Positions 35,151-47,560 of a stretch of DNA of 64,000 nucleotides are shown in pieces. The notes under the pieces were generated by a model. The model ran no database searches and was not told where the DNA came from. It saw only the letters and a program-made list of their open reading frames with translations. The translations under genes were made by a program, and so were the position numbers. Position 1 is the first letter of the stretch. Each line of letters starts with the position of its first letter. The stretch lies in the NCBI GenBank assembly GCA_977016875.1, contig CDRNST010000054.1, forward strand, positions 620,001-684,000, given 5' to 3'. The DNA is from Pavona decussata (taxonomy: Eukaryota).

Positions 35151-38100
35151 ATGACAGACTCTTCAAGTGTGAAAGCTTGGTCGAAGGAAGATATATCCGC
35201 TTGTGATTGCAGTGCAAGAACATACAGGCATGCTCACTGCCCTTGTTTTTGGTGTCAGGGAAGTGCGACCGATAGAACTACCGAGTTACAGCACTGGAGA
35301 GAAAACTGCCTGCTTGCTACTGTGGTTGGAGGTGACAGCACTTCAGGCAGCTTGGCAGACATAGATAGTGATCATGAATCAATTGCAAGCCCTAGCTCAC
35401 CAGCAAGTCCTTCAACTCCAGGAACAGCTGAAGTTGATGACAGTCTTAGCAAAGGATCAGACAAAAACAGTACTAATCCCATCTGTCCAGAACTTGACGC
35501 TGTTGAACCTGCAGAAGGTCCAGGTATGGAACCTCACAACCCTCACAAAAAAGTTATACTAACAGCAGTTCTTATGCTCTGAAAATTATGGATGAAAGTG
35601 GATCATCCGTTAAAGCCTTTCATGACATTCTGAGCTATGGAAAAACAATGTTGTACACTTTAATTAATACAATGTGGCCAAAAAATTGGAATGATGTTCA
35701 ACTTTTATTGAAGGAAGAAGGTTTTGAAGACGCTAAGGAACTTATCATATGTTTCTGCCGTACCGAAAAGGTAATTACAAGAAATGGTAAAACACATACA
35801 TGTCTTTCATAATGGCGGACCGCTTGGGCGGAATGGTAACTACTAACATCAGAGCGAGGCTAGTTAGGCCACGTACAATTATGAAAAACGTAAATACATG
35901 CAAATGCTTTCCAAATCTCGTATGTAGCCTGTTTTTAGCTGTATCGTTGAATGTGATAATGTGAAAACGTAATCAAGTGCTTTTGTTTATCTGAAATCGA
36001 AATTACTTAGGTAATTACCGCGGGCTTAAGAAAATGCCCACGCACTGCTGTGTTTCCGAGTGCACCAAGAAAGGCTGTTGCGAGGAGGATGGCAGGAAAG
36101 TCTCGTTCTTCAAGTTTCCTGATCATGTCGGTCACCGTAAACAGTGGCTTCACGCCATCAGAAGAGAGGAAGGAAAACATTTTCGGATCACGAACGCAAC
36201 CAAGGTCTGTTCGAGACATTTCAGGCCGGAATATGATTTTGTTAAGACCCTCGCTGGCAGAACAGACCTGCGAGGGAATGCTGTTCCTTCGAAGTTTGCA
36301 TGGACTTGCACCTCTCCCTGGAAACGTAAAGCGCCAGCAGTACGCGAAAGCATCGATGAAACAAGCCAAAAAAGTTTTGAAGAAACCAGAACGAATGACG
36401 AGCCAGAAAACATAAAAAACTGCGTAGATGAAGGGGAAAATCGCATAGAAGAAAGGGAAACTGTGAAAAGCAACCTGTCTGAAAACTTGAAAATGGATGC
36501 GGAGACTCAAACCACAGAACCAAAGGAAGGCACTGAGACCTCGCTGAAACAACAAATAGTGGACCTTGAATCTAATCTTGAAAGAGGTAAGCGACGTATT
36601 GAATCTTTGTAAATGCGTAGATGCGTCAATCCATTTTTATACTGGATTTCCAAACTGGAAGGTATTTATGTCTGCTTTTAGATACCTGAATCCTGGTGTT
36701 ATGGGTGAAAACATCACATACTGGTTGTCTTCAAGGAAAAATCGAGGAGTTGTGACCTTTAGGAGTTTCCGTGAACATTCCCCCCTTTCTTGGCAGCTCA
36801 AATCAAATGCCAGCACAAGATGTTGTTCGCCCTCAGGAAATTGCAAGCCTGCGAATTCATGTTGAGCATGCCATAAACAAAAAGAAGAATTTCCACATTT
36901 GGGATGGAGTTGTGCCCCTCCATCAGTTTGGGGTTGTCAATCAAATGTGGGCAGTCTGTGCAATCTTATGTAATGCTCAACCAAACATTATTTCTATTTG
37001 AATAAACTGGGACAAGAACTATTCTTTTCTTGGTAGAGAGGAAAGTTGGCCACTGAAGCAAGAGGTTTGGATGGATAGATCTTCACTGGTTTTGGGACCC
37101 TGGCAAGGTTTGGCCACTTCAAACTGTCTGTGGTCACTTAAGTGCCATCATTTCTGTGGATCATTTGACTGCCTCCCCTGAGGGAATTCATAATTTGAAG
37201 ATTGTGACATGCCCTGGATGCTTTGAAACTTTCCACCATTCTGTAAAAATGGCAAGAGGTTCCCCATTGAACTTGGCCCTCGTAGGCCACTGGGATGGGT
37301 GGCAACCATTTGGAACAAGCTTCAGAGGATGTGGTACCATCGAAGTTTCCATCGGTAACATGAAAAAGGCTGATCGGTGTCATGTTGGCAAAGTGTATGA
37401 TGTTGGCTTTGTCCCTTGTTCTGAATTCCCTAAGGATTTACCAGAGTATTTGGATCCTTTTCTCCAACCACTAATGGATGATCTTTGTAATGGATTTATT
37501 TCGGGTTACAAAATTTCTTATCCTCTACAGTTTACAAGTGATGAATTCCATTCTTCTGAAATTGAAGTTATCCATTATTGCTTTTATGTTGGACAGGAGA
37601 CCACCTAGGGCAGTGTGAAGTCGGCGAGTTTCTCAATCAAGTAATATGTGGATGTAGAAGAGAGAAACTACAAGGACAACAACTGCAAAATGCATCTAAC
37701 AATCACTACTATTATGGCAACAATAGATATTATTGTCGCTACTCGTGGGAAAAATGGCAAATTGAACAGGAGTTGGAAAACCTATATGACATTGAAAATG
37801 AGACAAGAACAAGTGTGAGAAAAGCATTGCCATCAAAACTTGGTTTCAGTGGAACATCACAGCTTCACAATTTTTTGTATCCTTTATATAAATTTGATGT
37901 CACAAGGGACATGGTTGATGATGTTTATCGCACTATTCCTCTAAATGTTGTTAAAAGCCAACTGACTAGACTACTGGAACTTGAATTGGTGGACACAGAA
38001 TACCCTTGACAAGCAAGTAAAAGATTTCCCTTGGAGCAAAGAGTTAAAGGATGGAACACTTCCAAGACCAGTTGGCAAGGAATGCAAAGGCATTGGTCAT

Positions 38101-39713
38101 TGGAAAGCAGAGGGGCTTCAGAAATTTTCTTTTCCCATGACAAATTCTATATTTGAAGACAAATTTCAGGATGATGAAGAGTTTCAAATTCAAATCCTGG
38201 TGTCGTGACCGACAGAATTGCACTTTTACAGTAGCAGGCTGGTCTTGACTGATGAAATGATAAGTGTTTATTTCAAGATAGCACAGAGACTCAACATACT
38301 CGTAGAAGAAGTGCAAGGACTGCATATGTGCACCATTTCTTTGCATAAGTTGTTGCATATTCACGCAGACATTAATTTTTTCTGCTTGTGACAATTATTG
38401 GTGTGCAGTGTTTGAAAGGGCTGTCCAGCACTATGTTAAAAAGTCACACAACTACAAAGGAATTGAACGAACCTTTGCAAGTTCGGAGGCACGGAGAGAG
38501 TTTCTGAAATCACTTGGAGGTACGGAAGTGGCCACTGATGTTAAACAGGTGAGATTTTCAACCCTGGAGTAGGGAATTAAATGGAATTTGGTTGCCTATG
38601 CCAGGTTTAATATAATACCCTGGACAAAACTATTCAGGATTAGGTTAAACAAAAATTGACCTTTAAAATCCTTGACGTTCAGTTTCTCTGAAAGGTAAGA
38701 TACAATTAAAGGCAGAGGTTGAGCAGAGTTCAAGTGACTGAAGGATACAGTAATAGTTCTAAATTCTATTTAATGCTGAAGTTATTGCAGATAGGGAACT
38801 TCTCTTTCTGCTCCAAAATAACTGGGTTTTTTATAAGGACAGGGTGAAATCCTATCTTTACTGATTATATTGATTTCTACAATTAAATGCAGTGGCATGA
38901 AAATCGTGTTTGTTGTTGTGAGAAGGCATTTATACATTTTTTCTTTCCCAGTGTGTTGTAAACTCAGTTGAGACCGGGAAGAAGATTGCCCGTTAAGACT
39001 CAGCACCAAGACAGGCTTACCTGATTGGCTCGGCAACAAACATCAGACCCTTACAAAGAGATAGTCAGTTGAAAATAGCAAGTACATTGTCTGTTCCAGT
39101 TGACCTGGTGTCATCCTCAGCTTTGTTTTGAAAAAGATGTCTTTTGAATGATGTGGGATATGATGGTACCATGTGTCGTAGTGGTGATTACATTTTAATT
39201 GCAAACAATGTTCAGGAGAGCGTGGTTAAGATTGAAACAATGCTATCAGTTAACTGTGGGAGTGGCTTATGTAGAATACTAGGAATAGGCTACTTGTACT
39301 CCTTCCACCGAGATGCAGTTGGGCAAATTTCTTGCAACTACTGGACTGATTTCGCCTAGTTGTCACTTTTTTTTCTGGCAGAGAACATCTTGAGAAAAGT
39401 TCTGTTATATGACTGTGGCAATGATTTGATGACTGTTGTGGACTATATCCTATGTGTGGCTTTTGTGCCTGTGTGTGCTGAAAAGGGTGATATGTTGCTT
39501 ATTCAGGGTGAACGTCCCACCCATGTCTGGTATGGTCATGTACAAGATGTAGATTATCTAAACAAGACAGTTGAGGTGTATTTTTTCATTGAGAGTCATC
39601 AATGTCAAAATGTTTTTGTCCGTGAATCTCGTGGTAGAGGTGCAAGAAACATAGTGTCTCGGAGGTCTGTAATTGAACTAGCTGATGGTCAATGGAGTGG
39701 CCCTGGCATGTAG
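35151..39713 (+). pseudogene. CACTA/EnSpm-like transposase, fragmented and interrupted at about 35798-37010
   Basis: HCPC..C N-terminus; LALVGHWDGWQPF, LDPFLQPLMDDL, WTGDHLGQCEVG, D..(H)TIPLNV, YWCAVFERAV; downstream exon 39144-39713. Confidence 0.75.
35798..37010 (+). mobile_element. Internally deleted ISL2EU/Harbinger-group element: THAP domain ORF plus DDE_Tnp_4 C-terminus
   Basis: MPTHCCVSEC..FFKFP..W..AIRR..VCSRHF..AVPS (THAP, 36034-36612); FYTGF; NIPPFL..IASLRIHVEHAI..VCAILCN (36771-37001). Confidence 0.85.
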
Positions 39714-39943
39714 ACACGGGATTCTTGAAGTAATGAATTGAGGGTACCGTCCTCTTAGTGTAAAACGGTTGCAAAACAAACTGTTTTGTAAAGGTATCCT
39801 CAGGAAACTGCTGGTACTGAATTACACTCAAGTAAAATGAATGAGTACATGTGCACTGTAAAGAGCAAACTGTGCAGTTAATAAGGTTATTTGAAACTTG
39901 AAAATCATGAACTTTTACAAGCAAGTGACGTGTTGTGAAGGAT

Positions 39944-41086
39944 ACAGGAGACTCGTGGAGCTAAGGCCATTAAACTAGGTTCATGGGACAAACATCCTGC
40001 ATACTGCTAGGATTTGAATGTCGAACGTGTGGTATATGAAAGAAATGTGATGGTATATTTCCAGCCTGGTAAATGAATGAGAATGATGATTATTCTAGAA
40101 AGTGACGCAGGCATACTCGGAAAAAAGAAGTATGCAGTATGCATGAACCTAGTTTAATGGCCTTAGCTCCCACGAGTCTCCTGTAGCTCAGCGGTAGAGC
40201 ATCCGAACTAGTAATCGGAAGGTCTTAGGTTTGACTCCTGATAGGAGAACTCGGATTTCTTTTTTCCAAGTATGCCTGCGTCACTTTCAAGAATAATCAT
40301 CATTCTCATTCATTTACCAGGCTGGAAATCTACCATCACATTTCTTTCACATACCACACGTTCGACATTCAAATCCTAGCAGTATGCAGGATGTTTGTCC
40401 CATGAACGTAGTTTAATGGACTTAGCTCCCACGAGTCTCCTGTAGCTCAGTGGTAGAGGATCCGAACTAGTAATCGGAAGGTCTTAGGTTCGACTCCTGA
40501 TAGGAGAACTTGGATTTCTTTTTTTCCGAGTATGCCTGCGTCACTTTCTAGAATAATCATCATTCTCATTCATTTACCAGGCTGGAAATATACCATCACA
40601 TTTCTTTCACATACCACACGTTCGACATTCAAATCCTAGCAGTATGCAGGATGTTTGTCCCATGAACCTAGTTAAATGGCCTTAGCTCCCACGAGTCTCC
40701 TGTAGCTCAGTGGTAGAGGATCCGAACTAGTAATCGGAAGGTCTTAGGTTCGACTCCTGATAGGAGAACTTGGATTTCTTTTTTTCCGAGTATGCCTGCG
40801 TCACTTTCTAGAATAATCATCATTCTCATTCATTTACCAGGCTGGAAATATACCATCACATTTCTTTCATATACCACACGTTTGACATTCAAATCCTAGC
40901 AGTATGCAGGATGTTTGTCCCATGAACCTAGTTTAATGGCCTTAGCTCCCACGAGTCTCCTGTAGCTCAGTGGTAGAGGATCCGAACTAGTAATCAGAAG
41001 GTCTTAGGTTCGACTCCTGATAGGAGAACTCGGATTTCTTTTTTCCGAGTATGCCTGCGTCACTTTCTAGAATAATCATCATTCTT
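39944..41086 (+). repeat. Tandem array of a 259-260-bp tRNA(Thr-AGT)-like unit (~3.6 copies) preceded by an inverted partial copy
   Basis: Units start at 40174, 40433, 40693, 40953; cloverleaf TCTCCTG..TAGGAGA with A and B boxes; 39944-40130 is the reverse complement. Confidence 0.92.
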
Positions 41087-41468
41087 ATTCTTATTTTGTT
41101 CTCAAGTCTGGGAAAAACTTGGGGCACTGTTCCCAATTTATTCTCAAAGCTGGGAATAACTGGGGATTGTTCTACGTTATCAGCTTGAGGGATCACGTGA
41201 GATTGCAGTGCGCATGCGTACTTCAGTGCGATACGCTCGTTCATACTTCATGGTTGCGTGTCTTGTGACCGCTTGAAAAATCGTGGATTTTTTACTTTTT
41301 CCCGGCTTTTAGGCTGTGCACTATAACTACAGAGCATTGCTGCTTCGCAGAAGCACCACTTTGGCCCTCTGGGTGAGGGGAAAAGCGACATTGCTGTTGT
41401 GAAATCGAAGAATTTGACAGAGATCAAGTTGACCTTGTGCTCGTGGCAGCCCTGCACACACGGTCTGA

Positions 41469-42730
41469 ATGCAAATGCTGCCCAAGCCGGCTTCTACATT
41501 GCAAAAAGACAAGGACCAGAAAGGTCCCCATGATATTAACAGCACTGCAAGTGCTAACAAGGACGAAACTCATCACAAGAAGTGTGGTGACGAAAACAGT
41601 CGCCCGACCTCGAAGGCAAACGCGTCGAACGGCTCGGTGGACAAGATGGCGCGAAAATCTGCTGGCAACGAAGGCAGCGAGCTTCTGAAATTTGGGTCGA
41701 TGTTATCCGACTCTATCACAGAGTTGAAAAATACTCTGGCTGGCAAATTTGACCAGTTCGAACATTGACTCAGCCGGATCTGTGGGAACACAACGGCGAT
41801 GGGCAGGGCGATGTGTCCGCCTCTGGATCAGAAACCGACGGCTGCGACGATCATGCTACTGGCAATGAACCGCGCACAAAAAAGTGAAGGTCGACTGCCC
41901 CTGTTGAGATGACCAGCAAACAAAAAGTGCTAAGCACCATTGCTGAACGAATGCAAATGCAAGAGAAAGTGGATCCAGGTATTGATGCACAACTGTCAGA
42001 AATGACTAACCAGTTGATGTTCAACAAGGAAAAACCTGATGAGGACAAACTTAAGGAAAAGCTGGGTCTCATAACTCGACCTGATAACTGTAACTCGCTG
42101 GTTACAACCAAAGTAGATGAGCTCATTTGGCAGAGACTACGGCCGCAGACCCGGTCGTTTGACTCAAGGGCTCAAGTTGCCCAGACATGGGTTGTCAAGT
42201 CAGTCACTATTCTGGCAAAAATGTTAGACAAAGCATTGAATCTGAAAGAAAAACTGCCAGACCTGACCACATCAGGTGACAACTCAGATGTCCTTCAGAA
42301 GGAAATCGATGGCTTTGTAAGTGATGGCATGGCTGCAATTGAAACTATGAGTTTTGCTAATTATGAAATCAATGCTAGACGTAGAGAGTGTATCAAGCCT
42401 GACTTGAATGATGATTACATGTCTTTTTTCTCTGCATCAGTCCCAATAAACCAATTTTTGTTTAATGGGGACACCTCCAAACGACTGGAGGACATTGAAA
42501 AAACGAACAGTCGTACGAAAGGCGATGGTCCAACAGAGTTCTTACCCTAGACAGCGCCATTACAAGAGTAATGGTATGCACAAGACCAGAGAGCGTGGCC
42601 AACGACCTCATACTTCACGACAAAGTTACACACAGCGTCCTTTTTTTAGGCAAACGCCCATTCCCCTATGGCAGTCAATACCAGAAACCACAAAAAGGGG
42701 GAGCGAAGAGCAAGGAGCCAAAGTCACAGT
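41469..42730 (+). pseudogene. DIRS ORF1 (gag-like)
   Basis: RPDNCNSLVTTKVDELIW..RRRECIKPDLN..FLFNGD; stops and frameshifts. Confidence 0.8.
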
Positions 42731-42779
42731 GATGGCTCGAGACAACAGGCCAACCACAACTGAGGTGAGAAACCCAAAT

Positions 42780-45700
42780 ATGATATGTTTTCAAGGGGAC
42801 AGTTTTTCTCTCATAAGTACCACGCAGTTCAAAGCGGGTAGACTGATAGAGTTTGTCCACAATTGGAGGAGATTGACCTCTGATGTTTTCATCCTTGACA
42901 CAGTACAACATTGTCACATTGAACTTGTAAAGGGGTTCTCATGTGACCAACAAAATGTGAAAACGCGGCGGGTTAGTATTACAGAAGAGAATATTATCAC
43001 TGCTGAAATTATAAAACTGTGTAATAAAGGAGTCCTTGAGGAGCCTACACACTGCATAGGAGAATTCATCTCTCCGATATTCACTAGACACAAAAAGGAT
43101 GGAACTTATCGATTGAGACTCAATCTGAAAGAATTCAATGAACATGTTTAGTATCATCATTTCAAAATGGAAAGTATTCAGTCAGTAATTAAGAGACAGT
43201 CCGCGTTAGATTCGACCGGTCAATTTGGGCCAGTCGTTCGATTTTCTTCAAATTTTCAGCAACAGACAAAGTTGATATAACATTAATAAAAACACATTTC
43301 TTTTGATTCTAAACTTAACAAGACCCGAAATTTTGAGGCGAATGTTCAACCCTCCCGAATCCCCGAAAATCGACCTTTCACCGAGTCGAAATTAACCCGT
43401 TTTCGGATGTTTGCCGCCGAAATAATATTTATCCGAAAAACCTTACATTTATACCACGAGCACATACACTATACTTCTTTACAAATATGGTATATAGAAC
43501 TCATATTATTGAGAACTTTTAAAAGGAGGGCATCTCAAACATGCCGATGTTAACGATTGGTGCACGGAGCGTGTCAAGTGCTGCAACAAAAACCAACATT
43601 TCTCAAAATTCTGACTTACTCTGGAAGTCTCGTCTTTTTTTTTCAAAGAGTTCTAGGATAGTGTCCTTAAACTACAGAATAATATATAGTGGCTCTCTAT
43701 ACTGCGAAAAGATACGGCCGCAACAATTTTGGGCAAATCTCTTATTTTCCGACACGTGTTGTGTGACAGCGATGGCATCCCAAGGCAACAAATTTAGACT
43801 CTTTCTGTCTTGACCGCAACTTAAAGTAGACAAATGCGTTTTAAAAGGGTAAACAATTAAAAACGTACCTTAAAAGTTCCACTGTTTTGCTTCCAAGACT
43901 TCATGTTTCACCGATTAACTGTTAGCAAATTTGATGGCCGTGTCACGGGATCCGTGTTCTTTATTTGTTGGCTTTCAGGCGACGATCATGCTAGCTAAAA
44001 ACCTGAACATCTCTGTAGAGTTCCTTGAAATTAGTTCTGTTATTGAACCGGGCACTCTACCGACCAAGCAGTCATAAGTTGCAGAATTTATATAGAGGAA
44101 AGACTTTTGAAAGTTGTCGTCCATCTTTGTTTTGAAATAACAACCGCTGACCGCAACAACACTTCTGGTCTGATCAAACCGGAAACGGAACATCGTCTAC
44201 AGTAAGAAGTCGGTGAAAGGTCGATTTTCGGGGATTCGGGAGGGTTGAACATTCGCCTCAAAATTTCGGGTCTTGTTAAGTTTAGAATCAAAAGAAATGT
44301 GTTTTTATCAATGTTATATCAACTTTGTCTGTTGCTGAAAATTTGAAGGAAATCGAACGACTGGCCCAAATTGACCGGTCGAATCTAACACGGACTGTCT
44401 CTTAAATTGGTTAAACCCAATTGTTTTATGGCATCCATAGACCTCAAAGATGCCTACTACTCAGTGCCTATAGCCCTAGAACACCGAAAATATTTACGTT
44501 TTCTGTGGAAGGGCAAACTCTTTCAGTATACTTGTTTTCCCAATGGGCTGGCTTGCTGCCCACGTTTGTTTACTAAATTGTTAAAGCCTGTATATGCTAA
44601 TGTAAGGCAGACAGGGTCTGAGATTGTCCGTTACATAGATGAATCCTATTTACAGGGAGACACTAAACTAGAATGCTGGCAAAGTGTTAAAAAGACAACT
44701 TTACTCTTACAAGGTTTGGGATTCATTATCCACCCTGACAAGTCAGTGTTCATCCCTGCAAGAATATTGACATTCTTGGGGTTCATCATTAACTCTGAAG
44801 AAATGACAGTTAGACTGACTCCAGATAAAGCTCAACACTTACGGGAAGAGTGCACAGAACTGCTAAATACCCAGAGGCCAACAATCAGGGCTGTTGCAAA
44901 GGTTATTGGCCTTATGGTTAGCAGTGCTCCTGCAGTAGAATTGTGTATGCTCTTTTATAGAACTCTTGAAAATGAAAAAGTTGACGCCTTGAAACACAAT
45001 TTTGGTGATTTTGATGCACAAATGATATTGAGCGCTGCGGCTAAACTCGACTTGCATTGGTGGATAGATAAGATTCAGCTATCAGAAAAGAAAATCTCAC
45101 CACCTAGTCCAGATATTGTGTTAACTACAGATGCATCAAAACAAGGGTGGGGGGCAGTGAGAGATCACCACACTGCAGGTGGTCGTTGGTCCCCTGTGGA
45201 AGCTGAATTGCATATGAATGAGCTGGAGCTAAAAGCAGTGCTTTTTGCATTGCGTTCATTGTGTAATGATGTTAGCATTAAGCACATACGCGTCATGTCT
45301 GATAACACAACCACTGTTTGTTACATAAACAATATGGGTGGTAGCAAATCTAGGGCTTGTAATGACATTGCAAGGAGGATTTGGGAATTAGCCTTGGAAA
45401 GAAAGAATTTTCTGAGCTCAGCTCATCTGCAAGGGAAACAAAATATTGTGGCTGACCAAGCATCCAGAGTTTTTAATGACCGAACTGAATGGATGTTGCA
45501 CCAGGGGGTTTTCCAGAAGCTGTCCCAGCTATGGGGACCATTTGAGGTGGACCTGTTTGCGTCAAGATTGAACAAACAGATCAGCACTTATGTATCATGG
45601 AAACCAGATCCTGGTGCAACTGCTGTGGATGCATTTTCTATAGTATGGAACAGAAAGCCTTTTTATGCATTTCCACATTTTGCCCTTATTCACAGATGCT

Positions 45701-45882
45701 TACAGAAGATCATAGTAGACGAGGCAGAGGGAGTGATAATTGTACCCATGTGGCCCACTCAGACGTATTACCCGAGGATAATGTCCATGTTGATTCAACC
45801 GCCGAGATTGTTACTGAAGAAGGAGAACCTGTTGAGGCTCCCCCATTCCAACACAAGCCACCCCCTATGGCAGAAGATGTAG
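42780..45882 (+). pseudogene. DIRS RT / RNase H / DNA-adenine-methyltransferase-like ORF, split by Sola3
   Basis: AGRL..W, FISPIF..KKDG..LNLK, IDLKDAY, YIDE (YxDD altered), TDAS..GWG, HMNELEL, SDNTT, VDLFAS, YAFP. Confidence 0.9.
43193..44401. mobile_element. Non-autonomous Sola3 element
   Basis: GAG..CTC termini, ~190-bp TIRs, TTAA TSD (43189-92, 44402-05); removal restores DIRS RT ..SVIKLVKPN.. Confidence 0.9.
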
Positions 45883-46846
45883 CTGATGGCATGTCTTGTA
45901 TCCGGAAACGCCTCGAAACAGCAGGAGTTCCAGAAGAAGCTAGAGGTATCATGCTGCAGTCTTTGAGAAAATCCACCAGAGACCAGTATGGTGTCCATTT
46001 CAGAAAGTGGACTACATTCTGCTGTGAAAGGAAAATTTATCCACATGACATATCTGTAAACAATGTACTGACTTTCCTGTTTGAGTTGGGCTTAAGATAT
46101 AGCTCAATTAATACTGCCCGTTCTGCCATATCTTCATTCGATTGTGGTAACACATGTCCTGTTGGAAATCATCCTTTAATATGCCGTTTCACGAGAGGGG
46201 TCTACATTTCAAGGCCAACACAGTTGCGTTACAGTGCTGTTTGGGATGTTAAAGTTGTCGTGGACTTTTTTCGACAGTGGAAAGTGAATGCTGAGTTCTC
46301 ACTCAAAGAACTGTCACTAACGACTGCTACTTTAGTAGCCCTGGTGTCAGCTCAGAGGTGCAAGCACTGCACAAGCTTGATCTGGACCGCATGACGTGCG
46401 AAAAGGACAGGATTACGTTCAAGTTTGACTTGTTAAAACAAAGTAGACCATCCATAAAGTCTCCGATCATGGAACTTTGTTCTTATTCTGAGGACCCTAA
46501 AAATTGTGTTGTTGAAACATTGTCACATTATCTTGAAAGAACACAGTTATTTAGAGAACATGAAACTAAGTTGTTTTTGACCTACCAGAAACCTTATCAT
46601 GCTGTGAGTGCTAGTACTTTGAGCCGATGGATTAAATCTATGCTTAAACTAGCTGGAATTGACACATCTAGGCTTGGGGCTCATAGTACCCGGGCTGCAT
46701 CGTCTTCAGCAGCTAAGAAAGCAGGAGTGCCAATTGCGGATGTTCTAAGCACAGGAGAATGGTCCTCAGAACGCGTTTTTGCCAGGCACTATAGTGTGCC
46801 TATTCAAAACAAGGGCAATTTTGCTGAGGCTATTTATAAGTCCTAG
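45875..46846 (+). pseudogene. DIRS tyrosine recombinase (one frameshift near 46358)
   Basis: YSSINTARSAIS, VSAQR, HSTRAAS, GEWSSE.VFARHY. Confidence 0.9.
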
Positions 46847-47274
46847 TTGTTGTGCAAACATGTTTCCATTACTGAGCTTGTACCTTACATGCAGGCAGGT
46901 TGAGTTGCGATTAAAAGAGTTTTAATCTTACATTGATATTCTTAGCCTGCATTTGTCATGGCTTCAAAATCTCACGTGATCCCTCAAGCCGATGACGTAG
47001 AAGAATTAGAAAATTAAACAAGACTTACCTGGAAGTCGCAGTTTGATTGGAATTCTTCTACGTCATCTTAGGCTTGAGGGATCAGGTGCCCACCCAAGTA
47101 GTGGTTTTTCCTCCCTGTTTTATCTTCAAATGATAAATACAGGCTATACTCTTTGAAGACTGAAGTACGCATGCACACTGCAATCTCACCTGAACCCTCA
47201 AGCCTAAGATGACGTAGAAGAATTCCAATCAAACTTCGACTTCCAGGTAAGTCTTGTTTAATTTTCTAATTTTT

Positions 47275-47560
47275 TGCCATTTTATTCTCAAGTTTGAGAA
47301 TAACTTGGGGAAATGTTCTCTTTCTATTCTTAAGTCTGCGAATAGGTTGGGGAAATGTTCCCATTTTATTCTCAAGTCTGGAAATAACTTGGGAAATGTT
47401 TCCAATTTATTCTCAAGTCTGGAAATAGGTTGGGAAATGTTCCCATTTTATTCTCAAGTCTGGGAATAACTGGGGAAAATGTTCCCTTTTTTATTCCCAA
47501 TTTTGGGAATAACATGGGTAAATATTCACAGCATTTTCCCAAAATTGGGATACAAGAGAA
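47275..47560. repeat. Right subterminal tandem repeat of the CACTA element (~41-bp unit; also 41090-41169)
   Basis: ttattctcaagtctgggaataacttggggaaatgttcccat units on both sides of the DIRS insertion. Confidence 0.85.

Larger units (their letters stand above)
41170..47273 (+). mobile_element. Full-length DIRS1-type tyrosine-recombinase retrotransposon
   Basis: ITRs at about 41170-41228 and 47160-47273; internal complementary region about 46968-47090; gag, RT-RH-MT and YR ORFs; no TSD. Confidence 0.95.

Noticed and set aside
40174-41030. Cluster of functional tRNA-Thr genes
   Set aside because: 8-nt anticodon loop, mismatched D-stem in most copies, identical flanks and truncated/inverted copies indicate a tRNA-derived repeat
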